From contig NW_018480078.1 of assembly GCF_002113885.1 (NCBI RefSeq), forward strand, positions 3,198 through 67,197: 64,000 nucleotides of DNA, written 5' to 3'. The notes under the pieces were generated by a model, which worked only from the letters and a program-made list of their open reading frames with translations, was not told the origin of the DNA and did no database searches. The position numbers and the translations under genes are program-made. Below are positions 36,401 through 49,683 of this stretch, piece after piece (positions within the stretch are counted from its first letter, which is position 1; each line of letters opens with the position of its first letter). This stretch comes from Mizuhopecten yessoensis (taxonomy: Eukaryota).

Positions 36401-37790
36401 CCACAGACGTTTGTGAATGTGGACAACAGACGTTTGTGAAAGTGTACAACATATGTTTGTCAGTGTACAACAGACGTTTGTGAATGTGTACAACAAGCGT
36501 TTGCGAATGTGAACAACAGAAGTTTGTGAATGTGTACAGCAGAAGTGTGTCAGTGTGTACAACAGACATTAAAACAGACGTTTGTGAATGTGTACAACAC
36601 GCGTTTGCGAATGTGAACAACAGAAGTGTACAACATTGTGTGTCAGTGTACAACAGACGTTTGGGAATGTGTAAAACAGACGTTTGTGAATGTCCACAAC
36701 AGACGTTTGTGAATGTGTACACCAGACGTTTGTGAATGTGTACAACAGAGTTTGTGAATGTGTACAACAAGCGTTTGTGAAGTTTGTGAATGTGTACAAC
36801 ATACGTTTGTGAATGTGTACAGCAGAAGTGTGTCAGAGGTGTGTCAGTGTGTACAACAGACATTATAACAGACGTTTGTGAATGTGTACAACACGCGTTT
36901 GCGAATGTGAACAACAGAAGTGTACAACATTGTGTGTCAGTGTACAACAGACGTTTGTGAATGTGTACAACATACGTTTGTGAATGTGTACAACAGACGT
37001 TTGTTAATGTGTAAAACAGAAGTGTGTCAGTGTGGACAACAGTCATTATAACAGATGTTTGTCAGTGTACCACAGACGTTTGTGAATGTGTACCACAGAC
37101 ACTAAAACAGACGTTTGTGAATGTGTACCACAGACGTTTGTGAATGTGTACAACAGACGTTTGTGAATGTGTAAAACAGACGTTTGTGAATGTGTACAAC
37201 AGAGTTTGTGAATGTGTACAACAAGCGTTTGTGAATGTGTACAGCAGAAGTGTGTCAGTGTGTACAACACACATTAAAACAGACGTTTGTGAATGTGTAC
37301 AACAGACCTATGTCAATGTGTACAACAGACGTTTGTGAATGTGTACAACAAGCGTTTGAGAATGTGTATAACAGAAGTTTGTGAATGTGTTCAGCAGAAG
37401 TGTGTCAGTGTGTACAAGAGACATTAAAACAGACGTTTGTGAATGTGTACAACAGACATATGACAATGTGTACAACAGACGTTTGTGAATGTGTACAACA
37501 GACGTTCGTTAATGTGTACAACAGAGTTTGTGAATGTGTACAACAGACGTTTGTGAATGTGTACAACAGACGTTTGTGAATGTGTACAACAGACATATGT
37601 CAATGTGTACAACAGACGTTTGTGAATGTGTACAACAGACATATGTCAATATGTACAACAGACGTTTGTGAATGTGTACAACAGACATATGTCAATGTGC
37701 ACAACAGACGTTTGAGAATGTGTACAAGAAAAGTATGTCAAGTGTACAAAATTTTACGTTTTTAAATGTGTGCAATAATGACGGTTGTCA
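33480..37790. repeat. 23-bp minisatellite (TGTGTACAACAGACGTTTGTGAA), about 4.3 kb with decayed edges
   Basis: Period 23 (33901, 33924, 33947). It accounts for all the overlapping HSQTSVVHIHKRLLYTFTNVCCT ORFs. Confidence 0.98.
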
Positions 37791-39730
37791 ATGCGTTGTG
37801 TTCACTTACAATCGTATGTAAAATGACAAACAATGTACACCGGTTTGCTTGAAATTTAAAAGAATTGTTTCAGTGATAGCTAGTGACCATCTTGCCACAA
37901 TGACGGGTCTGTTTACCTTATTCCTTGTCGACGTTTACTCAGGGTGTTAATACGTGTGCCTCTGGATTGACCTAACCGTATTAAGTTATTGCTTTCCCGT
38001 GTTTATATATACATTGTACACACAGTGACCACGGGTAATATCCAATATGAATTGTATTATACACAGATTCCAATACAAGCCCTTTCAATTGTAGATACGT
38101 TGCGAGTTTCATTCTTAATAATTTACACATTAAACAGTTTCGACGTTGACTACGGTTTTACATTTCTATTGAAACCCGAGATTTTCTTTCAAAAACCACT
38201 CAATTGCTGTACGTACTGGCTACTTCATATAAGTTCAAAATACGTAATAAGATGTCTGGTTCAGTGCACAAATACAATACCTTCTTCAGACATTTTTAAG
38301 TGAAGTTATTTTAGGATTGAAATGCGCATTTATGACTGCATGCAACCCAATTCGAACAGTTGAAACATTGTTCTTCCGTGATGTAAGGTAGTGCATCTTG
38401 AAGAGTATGTGTTACTACTATATGTGGTTTCGTTCGGCTCTGCATAATTTTAAACGAACGTTATAAACAAACTATTGAACAGTCATTTTAGTCTGTTTTA
38501 TATGCCTACCAACCCCATCTGGCGGTAATCATCATTTGGATATCGTTCGGGAATTTCCGACATAGTTTTACTTTGACATCACGCTTTGATTGCTGTAACA
38601 GTTTGACGAAAAAACACGGAGAGTTTTCCGATATGGAAAATCTTCTTTACATGTTTGGTTTATTACAACATTGTTGGTTGATGTGTGCAATTTAGTACAT
38701 CACGTTGATATCTAGGATCATGATGGGATAACTCTACGAGCTCCAATACATTTAGGATGTCTAGTCTGTCCTTGAAAAAAAAGGCAGACTATTCTTGACT
38801 CCGGCCGGAGTATTCCCCTGTCAGACTGTTACATGCGGGCACAATACCTCCGTGGGACTTTCCCCGGGGGTCTACATGTAATGTATAAACTTTGCTGGAC
38901 GGAAGTAATAGAAGAAGACTAATGCAGTGTTATTATTGGTTAGGTATGTGTACCTCTTACGCTCTTCAATAAATTAATGTCGATGCAAGTTGATATTGAT
39001 TTGTATTTAGTAAGCTATCATTCTCCATATGCAATGTCCTTAATCCATTATGGTCCTTTCTCTCGGGATCTGTTCCCTGATAGTGCGTTGTCTTGGGAGG
39101 TATAATGGCTGTATCATTGTCATAGAGATACAAACACAAATGACTCTTTGTATTGACAACAAACAGTCGAGCATGACGTACGTCACTTGTCTAACATACT
39201 ACTGTTAATGGTAGGAACAGGTTTTCAATGTAACTAACATACTGTCATTTAAAAGTCCCCTTCACAAGCGTGTACACACAAGATCTATAATTGTTTTACT
39301 AATGGGTTTTTTGGGATATAGACCAGACCGGTTACGTAGACCTTTAATACAGCGCCAGAAGTGGTGGTTTATATTATTTAGGCGAATATCGATGGAAGGC
39401 GAACTGATTGAGCCGCGGATAACAGGTATATATTTTATTGAGGTTTACAGTTCAATTGGCTTATAAAATTACTACTGCAATTTTCGAGTACACGGCTGTA
39501 TGTGTGGTGAAATGCGACATCACATATATACACTTGTGAACTATAGACGCCATTACCGAGAGCTGAAAAGTGAGACACGATATTTCAGTCATTTCAATTT
39601 TGTTCGAATTGTCTCTTTGTCACCCCCACAACAAGAGCCATTTTCGATCCCGTTAAAATCCACCATTTCAAAGTCGAAAACTTAATTGCCATTTCAAGTC
39701 GGTAATTTGTAAGCTTCTCTTTTCGTGGTA

Positions 39731-39932
39731 CTGTATACCGGGACAGTTTTAATTTGCCGCTGTTTAACTTTCGCCTTTTTCGCCCTCCTTAATGAGGGCA
39801 AATTTATCATGACAGCGAATAAAAGTTCACAACATGCAATATATAGTTATTACATGTGAAGGGCGAAATTAACACTGGGTGATATATGGAGTTTGTTCGC
39901 AAAGGGCGACTCGGCGATCGTTTCCCGGTATG
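39731..39932. mobile_element. Degenerate TA-flanked MITE with a related copy in opposite orientation at about 62281-62500
   Basis: CTGTATACCGGGA...TCCCGGTATGCA termini. Internal TTTTCGCCCTCCTTAATGAGGGCAAA is approximately the reverse complement of TTCGCCCTCATTAAGGAGGTCGAAAA near 62433. Confidence 0.5.
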
Positions 39933-41164
39933 CATCACCACCGGATCTGATATTCATGACGACATGGCGAAAGGTTGAAAACAAAAAAGTGGTTTACCAA
40001 AACAGAACACCGTTTTTTCGCATTCATGTTTGACACTATTTCCTGTTAGTAAAGTTATGCCTAAATTATTTCATTAAAAAGACCTCTACAAACCACCATG
40101 ATTGCCTCCGACCTGTAATAATTTTCGCTGCGCGTGTCAACAGGAAGGCATCAAACAAGGTAACATTTTATTCAACAAATGTGACAAATCGAAAAGGTGG
40201 CGTGATAATTGCATAAATGCGAAACAAGAAATGCGCAAAATAGTGACAAAAATCTAGAACAGCAATCTTTGGAAATGGCGGATTTACAAGCGACAAGAAA
40301 ATGAAAAAGGAAGATTTTTTATTGGTTTGAAGCGACAGAGTGACTCGATTTGTCAAGATAACTGGAAATAATGGACGACTTTCGGTTCCGTTACTTACAA
40401 GGGAAGGTCTCACAATGGTATGTCTTAATTTCATGGTCGCCTCCAGGAGTCTCGTTTGATTTTCCCCAGATTGTTCTTCGTGACTGCAAGATGGTTGATA
40501 GATAAAAGCGTTCACTTTTGAAATAAATGATCAGATTAATCTTGCTCGTTATTTTAAAGGTCATATATGAAGATTTACACAGTGGGAGTTATATAGTTAT
40601 CCAGCAGTTTTGAGACCAGTGAACGAGGGGAAGTAACTGCAATTTATCAAAACCAGAAAAATGCAATTGTTTCTTGTTTCTAAGCAAAAAAAGTGTGAGT
40701 GCATATTCACACTCATTAGGCACGTGTAAAACCCGACACAGCAAACTAACGAGTGAGCAGGTGTCAATCATTGGTCAATCATTGGTCAACGACATATTTA
40801 ACATTAGTACAGCGCCAAAACCACAGTACAGTATCATATCTATTTTACTAATGTCCTTGAAAATGTCTTCTTGGTTTAAACTCCAAAATGCAAGAGATTA
40901 GATATATCTTGAGTATGTAATAACCGTTCCCTATTATGAACTGTCTATGATGTACACATTGCCCGGATATGACGTATACACTGTAGATATGAAGCAATAA
41001 ATTACCTCACGTTATTCCTTGCATTCCTTTAGTAAAATAAGATTGACCAATGAGAATTTGCAATGAAACCTTAATGTTCTGAAATTCAAAATGATCATGA
41101 TCAGATACAAGTTTGAAGTTAAAGCCAACTTGTAAAGTATGCATAGACTTGTAGGCAAGCGTCA

Positions 41165-44100
41165 CTACAGCACTGTGACGGGTTCTTTGCGGATTCGTTT
41201 GAGAAGTTCCCTCTCAGCGAGGCAATGTTTCACTTTGGTACTAATGCATTCCTTGATTTTAAACATGACAAAGAAAAACGTATGTATGAGAGGTATCCCT
41301 AATACCACTAATAGTGCTGACGTCACAAGTGACGTTCGCCATTCATTTGCCCAATCCAGGATGAAGGGATAAATGGGTCTGACGTCACCAGTCCAGAGGA
41401 GAACCAGAGTAAATAATAGGTAGATCAGACCTAGGATAACACTGTACAAAGCGTGCAACATTCGCACCGGAATCGGACCGAGCACATGATCAAGTCCTAC
41501 TATGACAAAATTGATGGCGTGAGTCTGGAGGTTCATGTTGCTGACGCCTTCATTGTAACTCATCTTCGGCCACAAGTATAAAAAGAAGACCAGCGTGACC
41601 ATGGCTGCGGCGTTAGAGACCACGCCATACAGGGCCCACGTGACCTTAAAGTACCATTGTAATGTCTTCTCTTTAGGAGGCTGGATTGATACCAAAGGAT
41701 GTTCCGTATTATTCAATTCAGGAGAAACTTCTGAAGAACGTGTTGCTTCTGTTAAGAGGGTTCCATTTGTATGTTCCTGCGAGACGTCCGTTTTAGTATC
41801 ACTCGACGGAACTCTCCAAAAGTATTTTGGTCGGCGACAAACGTGGAAGGACACAGCCAATGCGTACAAGAGCAGGTACAAAGTCAAAATCAGGTACGCC
41901 CAGTGAGACAAGTACACGGGCCATGAGTGGATCCGGTCGTTGTGGGCCGTCTTAGCCGTAAACTCCATACCAGTTACAAGCAGCCAGAACAAGGCGTAAA
42001 GCGCCAGTGCCACTCGGTACACCACGTACAGTAGGGGAGGCCATGGAAACTACAACACCAATTACATCCAATTAGTAGTATGAATCCTAAACGAATTAAA
42101 CACTTAACAAGCGATGTAATAATTGGTTATATTTTTATGTCTTAATACTATTCGCTTGATATTAGGATAGGCCCAAACTTATCTATCTTTAAAAATCAAA
42201 TTACCAGGTCCCTCTGAACTCGGGGGAGACTACAACTTTGCTACATTCATACTATCCAGTTGTCCATATCGAACCATGAATTTTAAATTGTGAACTTTAT
42301 TGCTTGAAAAAATTAAATGTTTGTATCAGCTGATAAGGGGACATTGGAGGAACGAAAAATAATCTGCAGCCCCGATTGAAACATTTGGGACCTCTGTCTT
42401 CTAGGTGTTTTCTCCATATTGGCAATTTTGGTCTGCCAGTTGTTAGAGCTCATCCGTGTACATATTCAATCGGGAACTGTTGGCACTTTCCGCTCGTTTA
42501 TAGTTGCGCCATCATAAAGTAATGGAACCTTAGCTGTTGCGAGAACGCAAGCCTGGTACAACCGAACCTCTCTCAGATCCGTACTGCAAAGGTCAATGCT
42601 ACTTCCAAGGGGCCGAAAGTCAAATAAGGTGTGTTACTAATGTTTGGTCCAAGGTAGGTAAGGTATCAGATTGAGTTCAAATCTAAGCGTTATCTTAATA
42701 TATATAAACGACTGAACAATCTTGTGTATTACGTATTGACAAAGTATCATGGCTATATGTAATGTGCTGTAGTTGGGTGGGGTAGGGATGTATTATGCTA
42801 TGCCTTTGCAATGCATCGTGGTAAGGGACATGCATTTTTAAACGAAGAGACAATGTGTCGTGGTAGGGAACATAAATCATATGGTGTGGCAAGGGACATA
42901 CATTACATTGTTTAGACAATGTGTTGTAGAAGGGTACATCAATGTGGTAAGAAATGTGTATTGTGCATGTATCATGACTTGTCAATGTGTTGTGGTAGGC
43001 GACAAGTATGTCATCACGGCCAAGCAATGTGTTGAGGTAGGGGGTATGTATAGAATTGTATCATGACTAGATAATGTGTTGTGGTAGGGGACATGCATGT
43101 TCACGACTTGGTAATTTAGTGGTAAGGAGTAAGTGTTTTCAGGACTTGACAACGTTGTGGTAGGGGACATGCATGTTCACGACTTGGTACTTTAGTGGTA
43201 AGGGGCAAGTGTTTTCAGGACTTGACAACGTCGTGGTAGGGGACATGTATCAATTAACGTTAGACAATTTGTCGTAAAAGGACATGGTACCGTATTATAG
43301 ATAACGCTTCGTTAACTGTGCAATTCAATACACATACGCTAGATCGTAAACAAGTAAATTCATCATAACTCGGTCAATTTTCCACATGTCAAAAAGAGAA
43401 TTCTTGCAGACGAACTATACTCACATGAACAACATACATGTCAAATCTTATATCGCTTATTCTATGAACTATATTCAAATATTTTGTCAGTGGCGATACT
43501 TTTGCGACTCCTGTCTCAAGACTCACAGTTGTATGGGCTTCATTTGAAAGTACATGCATATACAAAATTACCAGAAAACCGAGTTATAGTTTGCAATGGA
43601 CCTCCGTGTCTAGTAATTTTGTATAAATTTGCATATGAAACCCAGACATCGCGCGCAACTAACGGTGCTACCAACACTACCCAACACACACGTGCAGCAG
43701 ACTCCTTACACGTGCAATTGGCCTTTCCTACTTCTCACTTGACAAGCTGCAGTTTATCATTGTTCCATGTACATGCTTCGGCCTGCAACATGTCCCATAC
43801 ATGAATGATTGAATATCGACTTGTGGATGGAGCGTCGATCGTCGACCACCGACACACTAATTCTCAATGGCATACTATATGGATAATGGGATACAATGCT
43901 ACACACCACTGCATCCCGAAAGTGAACCTCACGACCCTAGTAATCTCACAGGAGTTGTCATGGTAACCTTCACGTATACAAGCTTCTTCAAACTGTGACA
44001 CGTGACGTATTAGGCCTAGTCGTGATAGTATTGACCACTTTGCCACAAATGTAGCGGTCAGTTGCAATCGATTACATGCCAAATCAAAACATACAATACT

Positions 44101-44559
44101 TCCTTCCTCTACAGTATCGCTGTTAAATGTTGCTGATCAAGATACAAATGTATACGTATATTTGCATATCTGTTGGGATGAACATACAGTAATATTATGA
44201 GGTATGGATTTTTTGCTTTTGTCTACCAGTGTTTGCAGTGCATGTTAAAAAGACACACATGCAGTTGTGCATTACCACATGTTGTATTGAATCGATGCTG
44301 GATATATATATTTTACAACACTACATAGCCCTGAACATGTAATCAGCACAGGTTCTGTATCGAGACAATACAAGCATTTATAAAGTCGCTAGCAGTTATC
44401 AAGCCAACAACTCCACCTTTGTGTACATATAAACAACCTGCGCTTAGACAGGCCGGTGTCACTTACGTGGAAGCGCGTGAAGTCGTTCGGGCGCACGCCA
44501 CCGAACCCCAAGTTCATCAGCTCAAACTCCCGACGCACATGCTGGCAGCAGGAAGGCAT
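41165..44559 (-). CDS. rost: Rolling stone-like multi-pass membrane protein, paralogue A (2 exons, about 325 aa)
   Basis: Exon 1 44559-44467 (MPSCCQHVRREFELMNLGFGGVRPNDFTRFH|GTAAGT). Exon 2 42049-41165 (TTGTAG|FPWPPLLYVVYR). Motifs WPVYLSHW, KVTWALY, THAIN, YLLFTL and PIYPFILDW, with about 6 hydrophobic segments. Confidence 0.9.
42740..43270. repeat. Degenerate tandem repeat (TGTTGTGGTAGGGGACAT core) in the rost-A intron
   Basis: The core recurs roughly every 40-45 bp. A near-exact duplication of about 80 bp lies at 43078-43245. Confidence 0.75.
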
Positions 44560-45939
44560 ATCTGTACTACCCGCTTCCTGTTGGCAGGGTTACTTGAGGT
44601 TATACCTACAAACGTCATGCGATACAGCAGGTTTATACGTATGTGTACGCAACTCCAATGTGATGGTTCGGCTTCACTGGACTCGTTGCATGAACAATTA
44701 AAATATGTCGCCGGTATTCCCGTCATTCACAAACGGGTGGTGGTCGAATGTAACTCGATCGCTGCTGACTGTAAAAGCACATCGATTGATCAGATCGCAC
44801 GAGATCTGAGCTATAATTAGCCGGTCTGTGCGGGTTCATTGTGGACAGAGCTAGGTACGGGCGAACAATATGGGGCGGATATATTTGGTTACAACGTTAA
44901 TCATATCCACACGTCAAGTTTAAGCTTCAAATGTAAATTAAAAGAGACATCTACAGCTTATCTACATTGATATAACGTCCGGGTGTTTATGTTAGCACAG
45001 TGACTGTACTCACGTGTCTTCTGCACGAGTGTATACATGTGTTATCTGTATACATGTGCTTATCTCTACCTGTGTTTGTCGGTGAATACATAAATAACAA
45101 AGATCATAAAAGTTTCCTTGTTGCTTAAATATTCAGAAATTGAAGTCTTGCGTTTTGATTTATATCCGTATTCCATAATCTGTGTGCTGTGTGGGAAATA
45201 CGATCACAAAAGGACACATTCCAAGGCCAGGTACGGGAATGAAAGCTTAATTGATATTCAAGTGATTATAGAAATGCACAGTTTTACTTGTATACCGAAT
45301 CAAATCATGGTACAGCTATTTAGTCTCCCTGTTCGTATACCGTACACGTCACAGTGTTAAAGTAGACAGCTTTTGTATATGTGTGATTTGTCATGATATG
45401 CATGTCAAAAGGGCATCGTTTTACTGCCTAATTTTCTCAATATCTTCAAAAGTCTGCCATTGTGACTGCACGCCAAACGTCCTATCCAGGTTCATTGGCG
45501 ATCGATTAAATTACTTTGCTTTTCTCATCATGTAAAGCAAAGTGCATTGCAAACGACCTTCTTGTTTATGATTTCAATGTTCATCCGGTGCTTTTAACGT
45601 TTCCTTTTAGCTCCAAAAGAAGGCAAAACATTTACCAGATTTGTGATTGTGATTAGTGTAACAACGGTGATAATTTACTTAATGTTTTTGGTGGAACTGT
45701 TTGCTGCTGCTGGATTCAGTAATAACAATTTTAAACTACTATTACAGTGTTTATATCATATTTGACCCGTCACATTGAAAGGATTTCAATGTAATTCAAT
45801 GAGCCCTCCGATTCACTCTCTCTCTCTCTCCCTCCCTATCTCGGTCTTTAGGAAAATATACATCCCCCCCCCCCCCCCCTTCTCCTTGAAAAAGGCCAAT
45901 GTCATTCATTTGAAAATTGTTAATACCCAGCCCATCGTT

Positions 45940-46173
45940 TTAGAAAGCTATCAAGGTCAGGATTCAACGGAAGTGGGGTGCATGTGTCGTCTGCCCCGCT
46001 ATGGCAGCCATGTTGATTTTCAGATTTGATTCAAAATTTATCTTGAGCGGATAACTGATACTATGGGGTACGTGTTCAATGTTTCGTGAAAATCAAAAGT
46101 ACTCCTTCAAGACACATCGCGAGTAATCGTTTGTGCGGACGATCGCTACATGTCACCTTTGCTTCGCAGGCGA
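45940..46173. mobile_element. Remnant of a Helentron-associated non-autonomous element (HINE-like)
   Basis: GGCAGCCATGTTGATTTTCAGA repeat-unit motif and a terminal TGTCACCTTTGCTTCGCAGGCGA stem-loop resembling bivalve HINE ends. Confidence 0.4.
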
Positions 46174-47305
46174 AGGTCAAGGTATTTGTCAAGGTCACTT
46201 CATCTGAACGATGTACATGCATACATATTGATCTTGCTTTGTAAGCTTAACGACCTATATATACCATGCACTAGACAAAATTCCCAATAATCTTTTGTGT
46301 TTGATAAGAGACGTATAAAGACAGTAGTATATATACAGTACGTCTCTGGTTTGGCTTGCTGCTCCTTCCCTGTATAGAGACAAGCGCGTGGCCGTTAGTA
46401 ATCGACGAGGAAACACGTAAATGTAGACCGGATCAGGAAGACATTCAAACACTGATAATTACACCAGCACCTTTGTTGTTGTGTTGGTTAGGTATTCTAC
46501 GTCTTCTTTTCATCGACTTGGGTCTGTGATTCAGTTGACGCGAGGGGGTAAGTTGCCTTAACTCCCCTGAAACCAGCACCGATTACAGATTGTATACTGT
46601 TTTACCTCAGAAATCAGCTCACTGAAAGATCATCCTCGATTCACCAGGGGTTACGCTTACTGTCGCTCTAGTCTAGAGAACTTAATTGAGCGTAGCCCAT
46701 GGAATAGTGATGATGCTGAAAGGTAAGGACTCGTCAATTTGAAGTTCATTTTTCTTTTGACATCACGGCTGTAACCCACTGCTTTAGACATCTCACATGC
46801 TCTTATCAAGTTCAACTAAATTATGTATTCGTTGAGATAAATATTTGTCTTTGAACCATGTTGCGTATTGTGGCTGTAGGAAAATTAACACAAACACCCT
46901 TTAAATGATGCAATTATGAGGACAAGATGTCGTTTCAGTTCACTGGCAAAAATCGAACTGCAACTATTTTCCAAGCAAAATGGCCCGAATTATAATTTCT
47001 TCACTGAACTGTTACCAACTTACCATACATACTTCTACGTATTGTCAGTATTGACCGTCAATGAAATGCCCACTTGTTCACTTTTCATAACGTCTCACTT
47101 CAGCCTAGGATGGCCAATTTCCCCCTTTTCCGTAGGAGAAAAAAAGAAGAAGAGATGAATATCATAGGATCAAGGAGTTAGCTAGTCTACTTGTTTCATC
47201 CACGTGGCGGCACATACATGTACAGAGCCTTCCATTTTGTCATGGCATGTTCCAAGAGCAGAGAGCGGAAGTGAGCGTATACGCAACCGCTGGAGTATCG
47301 AAAAT

Positions 47306-48130
47306 CAAGAGGCCCAGAGGACCTGTATCGCTCACATAGATAGTTAAGCAATTATGGCAAAAGATTCGCAATGAAAGTAGTATGGCTTTAATATCTTTGG
47401 GATAGTGCCATTATCTGGGCCAATTCTGCCTTCATATGTGTATCCAAATCTACTAAGTCTCCATTGGTTTGGCCAGAACCCGGGGCTATTCTCGTAGAAA
47501 ATGTGTATGTGTCTCTTTATAGGGTTGGGATCTTAATCATTTCCAAATTAAAAACACCTATTTACCCTACCCCTCAACCACCCAGGGGGTCAGACATTCA
47601 TCTGGTAAAATGTTTAGTCCACCAATGCCAACTGATAATGCATCCAACCAAATATGATCGTATCCATCTCTTAGATCCAGAGAAGAGACACTTCAAGAAA
47701 TATAACCAATTCACCCCTTTTGACCCCCNNNNNNNNNNNNNNNNNNNNNNNNNNNCCCCCCCCGGAAGATCAGCCCCTCTATTTACTCATTTTTGAATCC
47801 CCACCACTTAGCAATGCTTCTAGCCAAATATGGTGTATATATCCATCCTCAGTTTCCCAGAAAAGGTCACTTAAATCAATCTGGCTCAAATTTCCCACTT
47901 TTGGACCTGCCCCTCCATTTGTAAAACTGTGTATCCCCACCACCCAAGAATGCTTCCAGCTAAATATATTTGATTTCCATTTCTTAGTTTCAAAGAAATT
48001 GTTGCTTGAAGCAATATGGCCAAATTTCCCCCTTTTTGGCCCCACCCCTCAGCCCCTTCATTTGTACATTTTAGAATCCCCACATTGAACCTAGGGATGC
48101 TTCCAGTCAAGTAGGTTACATTTCCACCAG
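47306..48130 (-). mobile_element. Helentron-associated non-autonomous element (HINE / Helitron-N2-like) with internal tandem repeats and an assembly gap
   Basis: End motif CAAGAGGCCCAGAGGACCT..ATCGCTCAC (hairpin plus subterminal repeat). Internal repeats TTTGAATCCCCAC..ATGCTTC..CAAATTTCCC. 27 Ns at 47729-47755. Confidence 0.65.
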
Positions 48131-48979
48131 CAGTAATGCTTACCTTGGTTCTTTGACCAGTTGTGCTAATAACATGAAGCTGTCTTAACAATAAGTGTAT
48201 ACATTAATATTGTCCTGGGAGTCCCAGTATGTTGTTACCTATATCGTTGTAGGACTATCTATATATCCTCAAATAATATTATTATAAATCACATATCTGA
48301 TATCAAATAATATTATTATTTATCACATATCTGATATCAAAATATATCGTTAGAGGTTAAAATTATCTTTAGATCCAAAATATAGGTATGTTTCTAGGTT
48401 TGAAATCTACAAAGTCAGTCAAATGTGTGAGACATATATTTATATATGTATTCATACTGTAACAACCTGCTTACATACAGACGTAACTTTAATATGTACA
48501 AATTACGTCAAATGTATGAAAACCTGTGGGCATATTGCACATGTACATGTGTTCAAGTGTCAGCATCAGCAAATATTTTATGGAGACATGATAACAGCTG
48601 TTGCTTGTCTAAACAGAATATTGCATTTACTGGTAATACACATATATATACAAGTACACAAACAAAAATATCACAATTGAAAAAATCGTATAAAACGCAG
48701 CACATTCTCCATTATAAATAAAAGATTCTGAAAATCAAGTTTATCTACAATCAGTGGAATGATAATGGAATTTATCTGGCCCAGAATCATAAAACTCACT
48801 TCAAGAATATTCTTAACTTATATATTCATACATACATGGATGGATAGATTTCCAGCAGTTCATCGACTATTTCAAGTTAAGATAAGTTCTAATTAACATA
48901 CATGTAAATATGTTTTTATCTAATTTAAAGTTTCAGAAAATATAAAGTTTTAAAATATATTTCTAATTTTGAGAATAAA

Positions 48980-49062
48980 CTCATTCACCCCTGGAGACAC
49001 ATTTGAACTCTTCCATTACTAAGGTTGGAATAGTTCATCATGAAATTTCAGGGGTGAATGGG
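48980..49062. mobile_element. 83-bp piggyBac-like MITE nested in an older degenerate element (about 48777-49105)
   Basis: TIRs C(T/C)CATTCACCCCTG, with a TAAA left flank and a TTAA right flank. Confidence 0.7.
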
Positions 49063-49538
49063 TTAAGAATGTTCTTAAAGCTGAGATGTTTTGTAATTCC
49101 TGAGTCATTTTCCTAGAAAAGTTATAAAGTAAAAGCCTGAACCCATACACAAAAGCCTGGGCTTCTTAATGTTGTAAATATGTGTTAAGTGTACCATACA
49201 TACACCATCCAAATACTAACAAATAACCAAGTACAAAAACCATAGCACGTGTATAATGTATAAATACAACATATAAGGTAAGTGATTAGAAATCAACCCT
49301 TGATCACATGGATAATTCAAGCATTAAAGGACTATTTCAAAATTTCATTACAAGAATCAACCATACATTATCAGGGCTCAAAGGAATTTTATGCACAATT
49401 GTCTGAGTAAGGTAAATACTTACTACAATGTCATACACCTGTGTGGCTTTTTCATTTGCGACTGTTGTCGGTTTTGACCTATATATATAGCTAGAGCATA
49501 TTGTGCAAGCGCAAGTTCCCAAAAATCACATGGATCTG

Positions 49539-49683
49539 GCCCCAGGATCTTGAAACGATCTTTCTAAAACTGTTTAAGTTTTGAGTTAGCCAATCACAAA
49601 TAACTTGATGAAAAGTGCAGATCCATGTCATATGCGATTGGCTAAGTAAAAACTTAAGTCTAAGATTGCTTATAATCCCAGGG
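49539..49683. mobile_element. Degenerate PIF/Harbinger-type MITE
   Basis: CTG flanks, GCCCCAGGAT...ATCCCAGGG ends, and an internal inverted repeat TTAAGTTTT..TTAGCCAATC / GATTGGCTAA..AAAACTTAA. Confidence 0.55.

Noticed and set aside
33954-37642. His/Cys-rich ORFs up to 412 aa resembling zinc-finger proteins
   Set aside because: They are translations of a 23-bp satellite in all three frames, with no CxxC-x12-HxxxH spacing.
47729-47755. Run of 27 Ns
   Set aside because: Assembly gap within a poly-C tract of a repeat, not biological.
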